Positions 26,525-35,651 of a stretch of 64,000 nt of DNA are shown here, in pieces. A program made the position numbers and the translations under genes. The stretch is taken from NCBI GenBank assembly GCA_034665065.1, contig JAXDGL010000001.1, forward strand, positions 34,691-98,690, read 5' to 3'. Every line of letters starts with the position of its first letter. Positions within the stretch are counted from its first letter, which is position 1. A model generated the notes under the pieces. That model was given only the letters and a program-made list of their open reading frames with translations. It was not told the DNA's origin and ran no database searches. Source of the DNA: Thermoanaerobaculia bacterium. Its GTDB lineage: Bacteria; Acidobacteriota; Thermoanaerobaculia; Gp7-AA8.

Positions 26525-29488
26525 ATGAAACGGACCTATCTACTCATCGCTCTCGTAATCACTCTGCAAGTTTGCATCCTCCCGCTCGTGGCTGCGGAAA
26601 CGCCGAAAGAGTGCAGCCTCTGCGCCGGTGTGATTTCCGACCTGCAGATCGTTCCCGCTACGCCGCTGCCGCTCCTCGTGCGCGTTCGTCAGGATGACTT
26701 CGCGGCAGCCGGAACCGCGCTCGACGCCATGCCTCCCGCGATTCGCGCGAAGATGACTGTCATCGTCGGATACGCCGTCGACGCAGGCAAAGACCCGATG
26801 GCGGATGTCGAGACGCACACGCAAGCGGTCGTCGAGTGGGCGCGCGTCCACGGACCGTTCGAAGCGATCGGCATCACCGCCGATAACGTAGAGCCGTCGG
26901 TAGCTGGTTATGCGATCAAGCGGCTCGCCGTCTCAGCGCAAGGGCAGAACGTCGCGTCGAGGATCGTGTTCGACGCGAGCGTCCAGGGTCGGAAGCCGGG
27001 CGTCGAAGCAGCACTCTCGAGCACCACCTCTCCCGACCTCCAGACAGCGATTCCTGGCTCGCTTACGATGCTCACCGACACCGGGGCGCAGTCGTACGTC
27101 GATGTACTGCTCACCGATGCGGCGGATGTGAAAGCGACGCAGGCCTGGGTGCTGGAAAAAGACCCTGCCAAGAAAATCTGGGCGATCGTTCCACCGCAAT
27201 CTCCCAACGTCTTCTTCGACGTCGCCCGCTCGCTTGCCGACGGCGCCACGCGCGCGTACACAAGCGCGCCCGCGACGGCCGAGCTCCTCACCGCCGCCGC
27301 GAGCTTCAACCGCGCGCTCATCGGCGACTACGCGTTCGATTCCACCGCGCGCATCGACCTGCTCGACGCGAAAGGCAACAAGGTCGACGAGCCGGCGCTG
27401 GCGTTCGTGCGCGGCGAGGATCTGCGCACCATCATCGTTCCGCGCGGCGACGCATCCGCGTCGACGATCGTCTCCCTAGCCGGTGACGACTACAAGAAAC
27501 CGCGCCGCTACGACGCCGCCGGCGACAAAGATGTCACCGATGTCGGCACGAAAGGCGGCCGCTTCCTCATCGGTATGCCGCCCGTCACGAAGCCGTTCGT
27601 CTTCACGGTCGAGCACAACGAAGTGCCGCGCGCGAACGTCACCAAAGAAGCGGTGAACATCACCGGACATCGCAGCATCCCGGTCGAGGAGATCATCCGC
27701 AATCATCAGGTGTACAAGTCGTATGAGGAGTCGATCCAGCCGCGGTACGTCGCGCGCGACGCGACCAAGCTTCGCTTCACGATGACCGGCGGCGAAGCGA
27801 TCGAAGCGACGATCTCCGGCGACTACTTCTCCGATCCCCTTGCGAAACCAACGCCGCGCGCCGACTGGGTGTGGCAGGACTTTTACCTCAACGGCGTGAA
27901 GTGGAAGTACGGGAAGATTCCGGAACTCCCGCTGATCCAGCCGGAGAAGGTGTCGCAGCTTCCGCTCGACATCCATCTCACGAATGAGTACCGCTACGAG
28001 CTCGTTCGCGAGACCGACCTCCTCGGCTATCACACCTACGAAGTGCGCTTCGAGCCGCCGGCCAAAGCGCCGGCGAATCTGCCGCTCTACCGCGGAACGG
28101 TATGGATCGACGCGCGATCGTGGGCACGCATCCGCCTCTCGATGGTGCAGCTCAACCTGACCGGCGAAGTGCTCTCGAACGACGAGCGCGTCGACTTTCA
28201 GCCGTTCGCGCGAACAACACACGCGCCACTAACGTCCGCAGACGTCACGAAAACGGATCCGCGCGAGATCCTCTGGCTTCCGCAGACCGTGAGCGCGCAG
28301 CAGGTCGTGTCCGCGGCAGGACGAGGCACGGTTGTCCTCCGCCAGACCGACTTCACCGACTTCCGCATCGATCCGGAAAACTACGAGACGCACCTCGCCG
28401 AGGCCGAGAAATCCGACGCGCGGATGGTCCGCGAGACCAAGGCCGGCCTGCGCTATCTGGAGCGGACCACGACCGGTGAGCGCGTCGTCAAAGAAGGCTT
28501 CAACTCTTCCCGCACTTTTCTCATCGGCGGCGTCCACCACGACGCCGGCCTGCAATATCCGGTCGTCCCCCTCGGCGGCATCGACTACTTCAACTTCGAT
28601 TTCAAGAACACAGGGATTCAGACCAACGTCTTTTTCGCAGGCGTCGTGCTCGTGGCCAACGCCACGAATCCGAATGTGGCCAAGACGCACACAAACGTCG
28701 GCGTCGACTTTTTCGGCATCGCCTTTCCGTCGACCCAATCGCTCTACCGCAACGGCAGCGAGCAGCTCGGCGAAGAGGTGAAGGCGCTGCCGACGCGGAT
28801 CTCCGTTCGCGCCGGCCATCCGTTCCTGCAGTTCGGCAAGATCGACGTCTCGCTCACCGCGCAGCACCTCACGTATATGCGCAGTGAGAACACCGCGGCG
28901 TCGTTCATCGTGCCGAGCGATACCTTCGTCATCACGCCGTCGCTCGACGCCCAGTACGCGCGATGGGGCGCGACGGTCACGGGCTTCTTCGACTACAACC
29001 GGCGAACGGCGTGGAAACCGTGGGGCAACCTGGCCGAGTACGATCCGAAGCAGAAGACGTTTCTCACCTATGGCGGATCATTGGCCAAGAGTTTCTACCT
29101 GCCAAAGTTCCAGCGCATCGGCGCGGAGATCGACTACCTCGACGGAACGCGTCTCGACCGCTTCTCACAGTACGGATTCGGTTTCTTCGGAGCGCAGCGA
29201 ATCCACGGCATCAAGTCGGGCTCCGTTCTGGCCGATCGCGCGATCCTCGCCCATCTCTCGTACGGATTCGTCTTCTCCGATCAGTTCCGCCTCGAGGCGT
29301 TCTACGATCACGGCCTCATCGACAACAAGCTGGCCGGATACCGCCGCGAGCCGTTCCAGGGACTCGGCATTGCCGGGCAGACGGTCGGCCCGTACGGAAC
29401 GCTGCTCCGTCTCGATATCGGCAAGACGATCGGACGCAACGCGCAGACCGGATTCGTGGCGGATGTGGTGTTCCTGAAGTTGTTCTGA
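26525..29488 (+). CDS. Large secreted multidomain protein, probable outer-membrane beta-barrel C-terminus
   Basis: Signal peptide, aromatic-rich alternating beta strands in the last ~300 aa, and terminal Phe (VFLKLF). Confidence 0.7.
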   Translation: MKRTYLLIALVITLQVCILPLVAAETPKECSLCAGVISDLQIVPATPLPLLVRVRQDDFAAAGTALDAMPPAIRAKMTVIVGYAVDAGKDPMADVETHTQAVVEWARVHGPFEAIGITADNVEPSVAGYAIKRLAVSAQGQNVASRIVFDASVQGRKPGVEAALSSTTSPDLQTAIPGSLTMLTDTGAQSYVDVLLTDAADVKATQAWVLEKDPAKKIWAIVPPQSPNVFFDVARSLADGATRAYTSAPATAELLTAAASFNRALIGDYAFDSTARIDLLDAKGNKVDEPALAFVRGEDLRTIIVPRGDASASTIVSLAGDDYKKPRRYDAAGDKDVTDVGTKGGRFLIGMPPVTKPFVFTVEHNEVPRANVTKEAVNITGHRSIPVEEIIRNHQVYKSYEESIQPRYVARDATKLRFTMTGGEAIEATISGDYFSDPLAKPTPRADWVWQDFYLNGVKWKYGKIPELPLIQPEKVSQLPLDIHLTNEYRYELVRETDLLGYHTYEVRFEPPAKAPANLPLYRGTVWIDARSWARIRLSMVQLNLTGEVLSNDERVDFQPFARTTHAPLTSADVTKTDPREILWLPQTVSAQQVVSAAGRGTVVLRQTDFTDFRIDPENYETHLAEAEKSDARMVRETKAGLRYLERTTTGERVVKEGFNSSRTFLIGGVHHDAGLQYPVVPLGGIDYFNFDFKNTGIQTNVFFAGVVLVANATNPNVAKTHTNVGVDFFGIAFPSTQSLYRNGSEQLGEEVKALPTRISVRAGHPFLQFGKIDVSLTAQHLTYMRSENTAASFIVPSDTFVITPSLDAQYARWGATVTGFFDYNRRTAWKPWGNLAEYDPKQKTFLTYGGSLAKSFYLPKFQRIGAEIDYLDGTRLDRFSQYGFGFFGAQRIHGIKSGSVLADRAILAHLSYGFVFSDQFRLEAFYDHGLIDNKLAGYRREPFQGLGIAGQTVGPYGTLLRLDIGKTIGRNAQTGFVADVVFLKLF

Positions 29489-29564
29489 GTGTAACGTTAT
29501 TGTATTACTTTATGGCTATCCTTTATCGCCACTAATTCTAGTTCCGCGCGTCTTCAACTGTCGA

Positions 29565-29639
29565 AAACCGTTTCACGCGGAGACGCGGAGGCCGCGGAGA
29601 AAAGCACCGCGCTCTCCGCGTCTCCGCGTGAAACGGTTT
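29565..29639. repeat. Family A palindromic element
   Basis: aaaccgtttcacgcggagacgcggag...ctccgcgtctccgcgtgaaacggttt. Confidence 0.92.
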
Positions 29640-29769
29640 CTGACTTGAATTGAACAGAGCCCCCGACAGAAACCGTGCGGGGCCAGCCGCTCGCACCAGC
29701 CGCAAGTCGTGCCCAACCCGGCCATCGAGGCGGCGGCCCCTGCACGCAATTACGTAGACGGACACGAAA

Positions 29770-30489
29770 TCACAATTTCCGGCTTGCGATCACGATTGCC
29801 CCTTTGATCCCGCCGTGATCCGTCGGGACAATGCGCGCTTCGCCGCAGCCGTGCTTGCGCAGAATGGCCATTACGCGCAGTGGGTCGTACTCATTCATCT
29901 GCATGTAGGGCATCGAACGCTCGCCGCGGATTCGTTGCGCGATGCGGTGCACGAGCGGCACGCGCGCGCGGACGGTGCGCGCGATGCGGCGAAGAAACGA
30001 CCCCGGGCGGCGAAAGGTGAATTGCAACGCGGCCACGCTGTCGTCCGAGAGGTGAGCGAGGAGATCGTCGAGCAGCGCTTCCCCGCGTGCGACCGGAATG
30101 TGCTGAAACACGATCAGCGACACGATGAGGTCGAATCGCTCGTTGGGGATGGATGACGAGAACGATGCCTCGGGCACATTCGCGCGCGCGAGTCGCAGCA
30201 TGCTCTGCGCGACATCGACGCCGGCCACGCGTTCCACGCGCTTCGTCAACGCGCGCGTAAGCCGGCCGACTCCGCAGCCAAAGTCGAGCGCCGACTTCGG
30301 CGCGAAATCGGGACGAGCGATGAGATCGAAGATATGGGCGATGTCGGCGTCGCCGCTCGCGAAAAAGTCGCGGAGATCCTCGGACGACATCCGCTCGCGC
30401 AAGTAGCGCTCGTCCGTGAGCACAGCGAACCACGGCTCAGTCTCGCCGAGGGCGTTCCAATCGTCGGAGGAGCGATCGCGCATCGTCAT
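29770..30489 (-). CDS. Class I SAM-dependent methyltransferase
   Basis: ALDFGCGVGRL motif I, GVDVAQSML and FDLIVSLIVFQH. Confidence 0.9.
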   Translation of the reverse strand: MTMRDRSSDDWNALGETEPWFAVLTDERYLRERMSSEDLRDFFASGDADIAHIFDLIARPDFAPKSALDFGCGVGRLTRALTKRVERVAGVDVAQSMLRLARANVPEASFSSSIPNERFDLIVSLIVFQHIPVARGEALLDDLLAHLSDDSVAALQFTFRRPGSFLRRIARTVRARVPLVHRIAQRIRGERSMPYMQMNEYDPLRVMAILRKHGCGEARIVPTDHGGIKGAIVIASRKL

Positions 30490-30495
30490 TTCACA

Positions 30496-30677
30496 GTCAT
30501 CCCGAGTCGCCGCAGCCGCGCCTCGGCACTAACTTCAGCCCCGGCAGGCATCGCGGCGAAGGACTCGAAGGACCCCCTGACCATGTGCCGCGTGGGTTGA
30601 GAAAAACCTCGGCATGGAAGTAGGGCGTCCTTCGACCGTCCTCCGGCACTTCGTGTCCTTCGGCGGCTCAGGATGAC
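30496..30677. repeat. REP family B doublet
   Basis: gtcatcccgag...tcgaaggaccccc / gtccttcgaccgtcc...ggcggctcaggatgac. Confidence 0.85.
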
Positions 30678-31459
30678 AGTATCGTAGTCGCCGGCATCGT
30701 CATCGCCGGCACGATCTCGATCAGCTCGCGCAGGTCGGTGATCGTCGCATCGGGGACGATCACCAGGCCGTGGTCGACGGGTGGGGCGATCGCGGTGCCG
30801 CGCGTTGGGGGATCGAAGAGGACGCCGGTCATGCCGAGGCGTTGCGAGCCGTGGACGTCGACGTAGAGGTTGTCGCCCACGAACATCATCTCGCTGTAGC
30901 CGACGCCAAGACCGCTGCGCAGCGTTTCGAAGATCGAAGGGAGCGGCTTGCAGACGCCGTGTTCGTTCGAGAAGACCATCGTGTCCATCAGCGAGGCCAT
31001 GCCGAGGCGGTCGAGAATCTCGCGCAGGGCGTAGCCGGGAGTGCGGCCGGTGTTGCTGATCAGCCCGATGAGATAGCCACGCTCGCGAAGTGCTGTCAGA
31101 ACTTCGACCGCGCCCGGCACCGGCAAGGGCAGAATCTCGACCGCAGCATTGGCGTAGACATCTTCGAGTGCGGCAAGCGCCGGCTCGCCGAACGTCGTGT
31201 GATCGAGGCCCAGCTCTTCGAGGAAATGCTCGATCTGCACGCGGCAGGCGATGTCTTCATCGCGCGACCAGTAGAGCTCGTAGCATCGATGCCAGAAGCT
31301 GCGATAGGCCTGCTCGATCCGCGCGGCGGTCTCCGGAAAGCCTCGCTCGATGAGAACGCGCTCCATCCGATCGAGGCGCAGCCGCTCCTGACGCCGCGAC
31401 AATTCCGGCGAATCGGTGAGGAGCGTTTCCCATAGATCGAATGCGATGGCTTTGAGCAT
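30668..31459 (-). CDS. HAD family hydrolase
   Basis: FDLWETL (motif I), LISNT, KP and FVGDNLYVDVHG motifs. Confidence 0.92.
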   Translation of the reverse strand: MLKAIAFDLWETLLTDSPELSRRQERLRLDRMERVLIERGFPETAARIEQAYRSFWHRCYELYWSRDEDIACRVQIEHFLEELGLDHTTFGEPALAALEDVYANAAVEILPLPVPGAVEVLTALRERGYLIGLISNTGRTPGYALREILDRLGMASLMDTMVFSNEHGVCKPLPSIFETLRSGLGVGYSEMMFVGDNLYVDVHGSQRLGMTGVLFDPPTRGTAIAPPVDHGLVIVPDATITDLRELIEIVPAMTMPATTILSS

Positions 31460-31468
31460 GTGGAGTTT

Positions 31469-31817
31469 CAGTGATCAGTGATCAGTGATCAGTGATCAGT
31501 GGTCAGTGGTCAGTGGTCAGTGATCAGTGGTCAGTGGTCAGTGGTCAGTGATTATCAGTGATCAGTGGTTGGTGGTTGGTGGTTGGTGGGTAAGTAGACA
31601 GCGATGAACAAAAGCTGCCTCAGCGACAGAGTTTTCGTATCCGTATTTCTACTCAGCACAAACTCTCCTGACCACTGATCACTAACCACTGACCACTTTC
31701 TCTTCGGTAGTCGCTAGAGAAAAAGAGAGGCTCGGCACCAAGGTCAAGAGTTTTGGAGTCCGTATTCGATTTTCAAGCGAACCCTCCTGATCACTGATCA
31801 CTACCCACTGATCACTG
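31469..31817. repeat. Long (CAGTGRT)n heptamer array (31469-31590) plus two opposite-orientation arrays (31668-31697, 31787-31817)
   Basis: Read directly from the sequence. Confidence 0.92.
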
Positions 31818-32141
31818 CAATTTCACCCTTCCGCCGAATCCTTCTTCATATCCATGAAAGTACTGGAGCGATGGCTCCGGGTGCTGCCAGCAGTAGTAGC
31901 CGCTTCCGTTGTCGAAGTCGATGAGCCAGAGCCCTTTCACTTCGATCCCGAGCTCGATGATGGCGCCGGCCCAGTCGGTGATGATGCGCTCGGACTCCGC
32001 GGCCGCCGATTCGCTTTCCGGCAGCGAGTCGACCTCGGCCACCGCCTCCGCGGTAATACGACGTGCCTCAGGAAGCAGCGCTGCTGCCTCTTCGTAGGTG
32101 TAGGTTTTCCGATCGGTCAGCGCTGCACTTCGTCGAGCCAT
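31812..32141 (-). CDS. DUF2203 family protein
   Basis: TYEEAAALLP...GIEVKGLWLIDF...YYCWQHPEPSLQYFHGYEEGFGGR. Confidence 0.85.
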   Translation of the reverse strand: MARRSAALTDRKTYTYEEAAALLPEARRITAEAVAEVDSLPESESAAAESERIITDWAGAIIELGIEVKGLWLIDFDNGSGYYCWQHPEPSLQYFHGYEEGFGGRVKLQ

Positions 32142-32770
32142 TTGTCGAATTTCTCCTTGATCTTCTTCGCTTCGTCAGCGCGGTTCGAGCGCCGCAGGTC
32201 GTCTTCGAGTTTTCCCGTGCGTTTCCGAATCTCTTCGATGTGGCGCCCGAGGGCATCGGCGCCTTCGGCTTTCCACTGCGGAACTTTCGACTTCAATGAC
32301 GCGAGCTCCGCATCGAAATGCTTCTGATCGAGTTTGTCGATCTCCTGATCGGCGGCGTGTTTCATCTTCGCGATGAAGGGCTGCACCGCCGAGCCATGTT
32401 TGGCGAGCCATGCGCTCACGCCGTCCGTTCGTGCACGGAGCACATCGCCATCCGCGATCGGAGAACCGACCGCGAAGGTATTCGTAACGATGATCTTGTG
32501 CTCGTCGGCCGCGAAGTGAGAATCGCTCACCACGTCGCGGCGATGCTCGCGGTCGATCACGATCGAGACAGCGTCTGAGCCGTCGAGACGCGTCACTTTC
32601 TTCACGACACCGATCTTCGAACCGTCGGCCATGACGGGATCGCCGTTGCGCAGGGCGCCGGCGTGGTCGAAAACGATCGTCGCCTTCACCTCGCCCCGAT
32701 GGACGAGCGCTCTCGCGGCGAACCACACCACGGCGACGATGACCAGCAGCACGAGAAGTTTTCGCATCAT
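32117..32770 (-). CDS. MlaD/MCE domain protein
   Basis: N-terminal TM followed by FDHAGALRNGDPVMADGSKIGVVKKV, an MCE signature. Confidence 0.75.
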   Translation of the reverse strand: MMRKLLVLLVIVAVVWFAARALVHRGEVKATIVFDHAGALRNGDPVMADGSKIGVVKKVTRLDGSDAVSIVIDREHRRDVVSDSHFAADEHKIIVTNTFAVGSPIADGDVLRARTDGVSAWLAKHGSAVQPFIAKMKHAADQEIDKLDQKHFDAELASLKSKVPQWKAEGADALGRHIEEIRKRTGKLEDDLRRSNRADEAKKIKEKFDKWLDEVQR

Positions 32771-32882
32771 CGTTGCCATGTGAACTCACGATTGACGATT
32801 CGCATTCTGCATTGGCTGGTTTTGTGCTAAAAAACGCCCTGCATTCCCCCACCTCGTGCGGGGAAATGAGGAGGAGATACCG

Positions 32883-33125
32883 ATGTCGGTTGAGGATCGC
32901 GTCAAATCAATTATCGTCGAGCAACTCGGCGTCGATGCCGATGAAGTCAAACCGGATGCGTCGTTCGTCGAGGACCTCGGAGCGGACTCGCTCGATACCG
33001 TCGAGCTGATCATGGCCTTCGAGGAGGAGTTCGGCGTCGAGATTTCGGACGACGAGGCCGAGAAGATCAAGAAGGTCAAGGACGCAGTCGAGTACATCGA
33101 CAAACGCGCCGCCAAATCTTCGTAG
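32883..33125 (+). CDS. acpP: Acyl carrier protein
   Basis: [24 protein letters not shown]; GAGGAGGAG SD. Confidence 0.97.
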   Translation: MSVEDRVKSIIVEQLGVDADEVKPDASFVEDLGADSLDTVELIMAFEEEFGVEISDDEAEKIKKVKDAVEYIDKRAAKSS

Positions 33126-33133
33126 TTCCATCC

Positions 33134-33159
33134 GGCACGGGCCCCACCCGGCCCGTGCC
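33134..33159 (+). terminator. GC-rich hairpin between acpP and fabF (attenuator or stabiliser)
   Basis: ggcacgggcc-N6-ggcccgtgcc with only a weak U-tract. Confidence 0.5.
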
Positions 33160-33220
33160 CCTCTTCGGGAATGATCCACGCATTTCCCATGTCCACACCC
33201 GTGCAGCTTCGCGAATACGC

Positions 33221-34462
33221 ATGAGCAAACGCCGCGTCGTCGTTACCGGAATCGGAATGGTCTCGCCCCTGGGCGTTGGCAACGAGCCGACCTGGCAGGG
33301 CCTCATCGAAGGGCGCTCGGGCGTTGGCCCGATCACGAAGTTCGATGCCACGGCCTTCGCCTGCCGGATCGCCGGCGAGGTCAAAGGCTTCGTGCCCGAG
33401 CAGTGGATGGAAAAGAAGGAAGTCAAGAAGTCCGACACCTTCATCCACTACGCCATGGCCGCCGCGGACATGGCGGTGCAGGATGCGGGACTCGACTGCG
33501 CAAACTGCAACGGCGAGCGCTTCGGCGTGATCGTTGGATCCGGGATCGGCGGCCTCCCGCTGATCGAGGAAATGCACAGCAAATTGCTGGAGCGCGGGCC
33601 CAGCCGCATTTCACCCTTCTTCATTCCCGGCCTGATCATCAATCTAGCCGCAGGGCAGATCTCGATCCGCTACGGATGCCAGGGGCCGAGCTCCGCGCCG
33701 GCGACCGCCTGTGCCACTGGTGCTCACGCCATCGGCGATGCCTTCAAAGTCATTCAGCGCGACGATGCCGACATCATGTTCGCGGGCGGCAGCGAGGCCG
33801 TGGTCTGCAGCCTGGCCGTTGGAGGCTTCGCGGCGATGCGCGCGCTGACGACGCGCAACGACGACCCGGAGCACGCTTCGCGTCCCTGGGATCTGAATCG
33901 CGACGGCTTCGTGATCGGCGAAGGTGCGGGCATGCTCATCCTCGAGGAGCTCGAGCACGCCAAAGCGCGCGGCGCGTCGATCTACTGCGAGATCGCCGGC
34001 TACGGCATGTCCAGCGACGCATATCACATCACCTCCCCTGCCGAAGACGGCGGCGGCATGGTTCGCGTGATGAAAGCCGCTCTGCGCGACGCGCAACTGA
34101 ATCCTTCCGCGATCGACTACATCAACGCGCACGGGACGTCGACGTCCGTCGGCGACCTGACCGAGACCGTGGCGATCAAAGGCGTGTTCGGCGACGACGC
34201 TTACAAAGTCGCGGTGAGCTCCACCAAATCGATGACCGGTCATCTCCTCGGCGCTGCCGGCGGCCTGGAAGCTGCCATCGCCGCGATGACGATCAAAACC
34301 AACGTCATCCCGCCGACGATCAACTACGAGACACCCGATCCCGCCTGCGATCTCGATTACGTTCCCAACACCGCGCGCGAGATGAAGGTGACGAACGTGA
34401 TGTCGAACTCGTTCGGCTTCGGCGGCACCAACGCCACGCTGATCTTCAGCCGGTTATCCTGA
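33221..34462 (+). CDS. fabF: Beta-ketoacyl-ACP synthase II
   Basis: [12 protein letters not shown] (Cys), YINAHGTST (His), [12 protein letters not shown] and [10 protein letters not shown] motifs. Confidence 0.96.
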   Translation: MSKRRVVVTGIGMVSPLGVGNEPTWQGLIEGRSGVGPITKFDATAFACRIAGEVKGFVPEQWMEKKEVKKSDTFIHYAMAAADMAVQDAGLDCANCNGERFGVIVGSGIGGLPLIEEMHSKLLERGPSRISPFFIPGLIINLAAGQISIRYGCQGPSSAPATACATGAHAIGDAFKVIQRDDADIMFAGGSEAVVCSLAVGGFAAMRALTTRNDDPEHASRPWDLNRDGFVIGEGAGMLILEELEHAKARGASIYCEIAGYGMSSDAYHITSPAEDGGGMVRVMKAALRDAQLNPSAIDYINAHGTSTSVGDLTETVAIKGVFGDDAYKVAVSSTKSMTGHLLGAAGGLEAAIAAMTIKTNVIPPTINYETPDPACDLDYVPNTAREMKVTNVMSNSFGFGGTNATLIFSRLS

Positions 34463-34486
34463 GTTAACGTGCTCGGTGACGACGAT

Positions 34487-34591
34487 TTCATTCCGAACCG
34501 GCGAAGCACGGAGAGGAATCCCCTGCTGAAGGCCGATGCTCGCTCCGTAGGCGGGGGATTCCTCTCCGCGCTGCGTCGGTTCGGAATGACA
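34487..34591. repeat. REP family B-related palindromic element (TCATTCCGAACC...GGTTCGGAATGA)
   Basis: Terminal IRs plus an internal gaggaatcccc / ggggattcctc IR. Confidence 0.8.
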
Positions 34592-34640
34592 GATCGGATC
34601 ATTTTCGTCATCATCGCGAAGTGAACTGCGACGCGCACGG

Positions 34641-35651
34641 ATGATCACCGAAAACACGTTCACGCCCGCATGGTTCCTTCGCGGACCGCACGCCCAGACC
34701 ATCTGGGGCCGCATGACGCGCCGACGCCGGCTCGTGAAACTCCGTCGTGAAACGCTGACCACTTCCGACGGTGACGAGCTCGTGCTCGATCATCTCGACG
34801 CGCCGGTCCGCAACGATCGTTTTCGATTCGTCTTGCTGCACGGACTGGAAGGAAGCGCAAACTCGGTCTACATGCAGGGACTGCTGTCGGTCATCGCCCG
34901 GCTCGGCTTCGCCGCGACGGCGATCAATTTCCGCTCCTGTGCGCGTGATCCGAAACGCTTCAGCGGAACGATTCCCAATCGCCGTCCGCGTCTCTATCAC
35001 TCCGGCGAAACGACCGACTTCGATTTCGTTGTCCACACGTTGCGCGGCCGCGAGCCGAACGTCCAACTCCTCGCGGCAGGCGCATCGCTCGGCGGCAACG
35101 TGTTGCTCAAGTGGCTCGGCGAGCATCCCGGTCAGACCGATGTCACCGCCGCGGCCACGATGTCGGTTCCCTACGATCTCGGCGCAGGATCGCGTTTCAT
35201 GGAAAGCGGCTTTCTTCCGCGCTTCTACGTCACGCGCTTTCTGGTGACGCTGCGAAAAAAAGCGAAGCGGATGTCGGCGCGTTTCCCCGAGGTGCGCGGC
35301 AAGCTCGATCTCGAAGGAGTGATGCGCGCCAGGACATTCCGCGAGTTCGACGACGCGGCGAACGGGCCCATTCATGGATTCACCGGGGCGGACGATTACT
35401 ACAATCGCGCAAGCTCGATCTACTTTCTCCATTCCATCACCACGCCGACGCTCTGCATCAGCGCGGCCGATGATCCGTTCCTTCCGGCCAAAGTGCTCGA
35501 ACGGGTGAAAGCGGTGGCATCGGACTCGGTCGAGTTTCTCATCACCGAACATGGCGGTCACACCGGCTTCGTCGCCGGCGACTGGCCGTGGAACTGCGAG
35601 TATTGGGCGGAAGAGATTCTCATTCACTGGCTGGCGGGACACGCGCAATGA
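34641..35651 (+). CDS. YheT-family alpha/beta hydrolase
   Basis: HAQTIW, LHGLEGS, YHSG, GASLGG nucleophile elbow, DDPF and GGHTGF motifs. Confidence 0.9.
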   Translation: MITENTFTPAWFLRGPHAQTIWGRMTRRRRLVKLRRETLTTSDGDELVLDHLDAPVRNDRFRFVLLHGLEGSANSVYMQGLLSVIARLGFAATAINFRSCARDPKRFSGTIPNRRPRLYHSGETTDFDFVVHTLRGREPNVQLLAAGASLGGNVLLKWLGEHPGQTDVTAAATMSVPYDLGAGSRFMESGFLPRFYVTRFLVTLRKKAKRMSARFPEVRGKLDLEGVMRARTFREFDDAANGPIHGFTGADDYYNRASSIYFLHSITTPTLCISAADDPFLPAKVLERVKAVASDSVEFLITEHGGHTGFVAGDWPWNCEYWAEEILIHWLAGHAQ

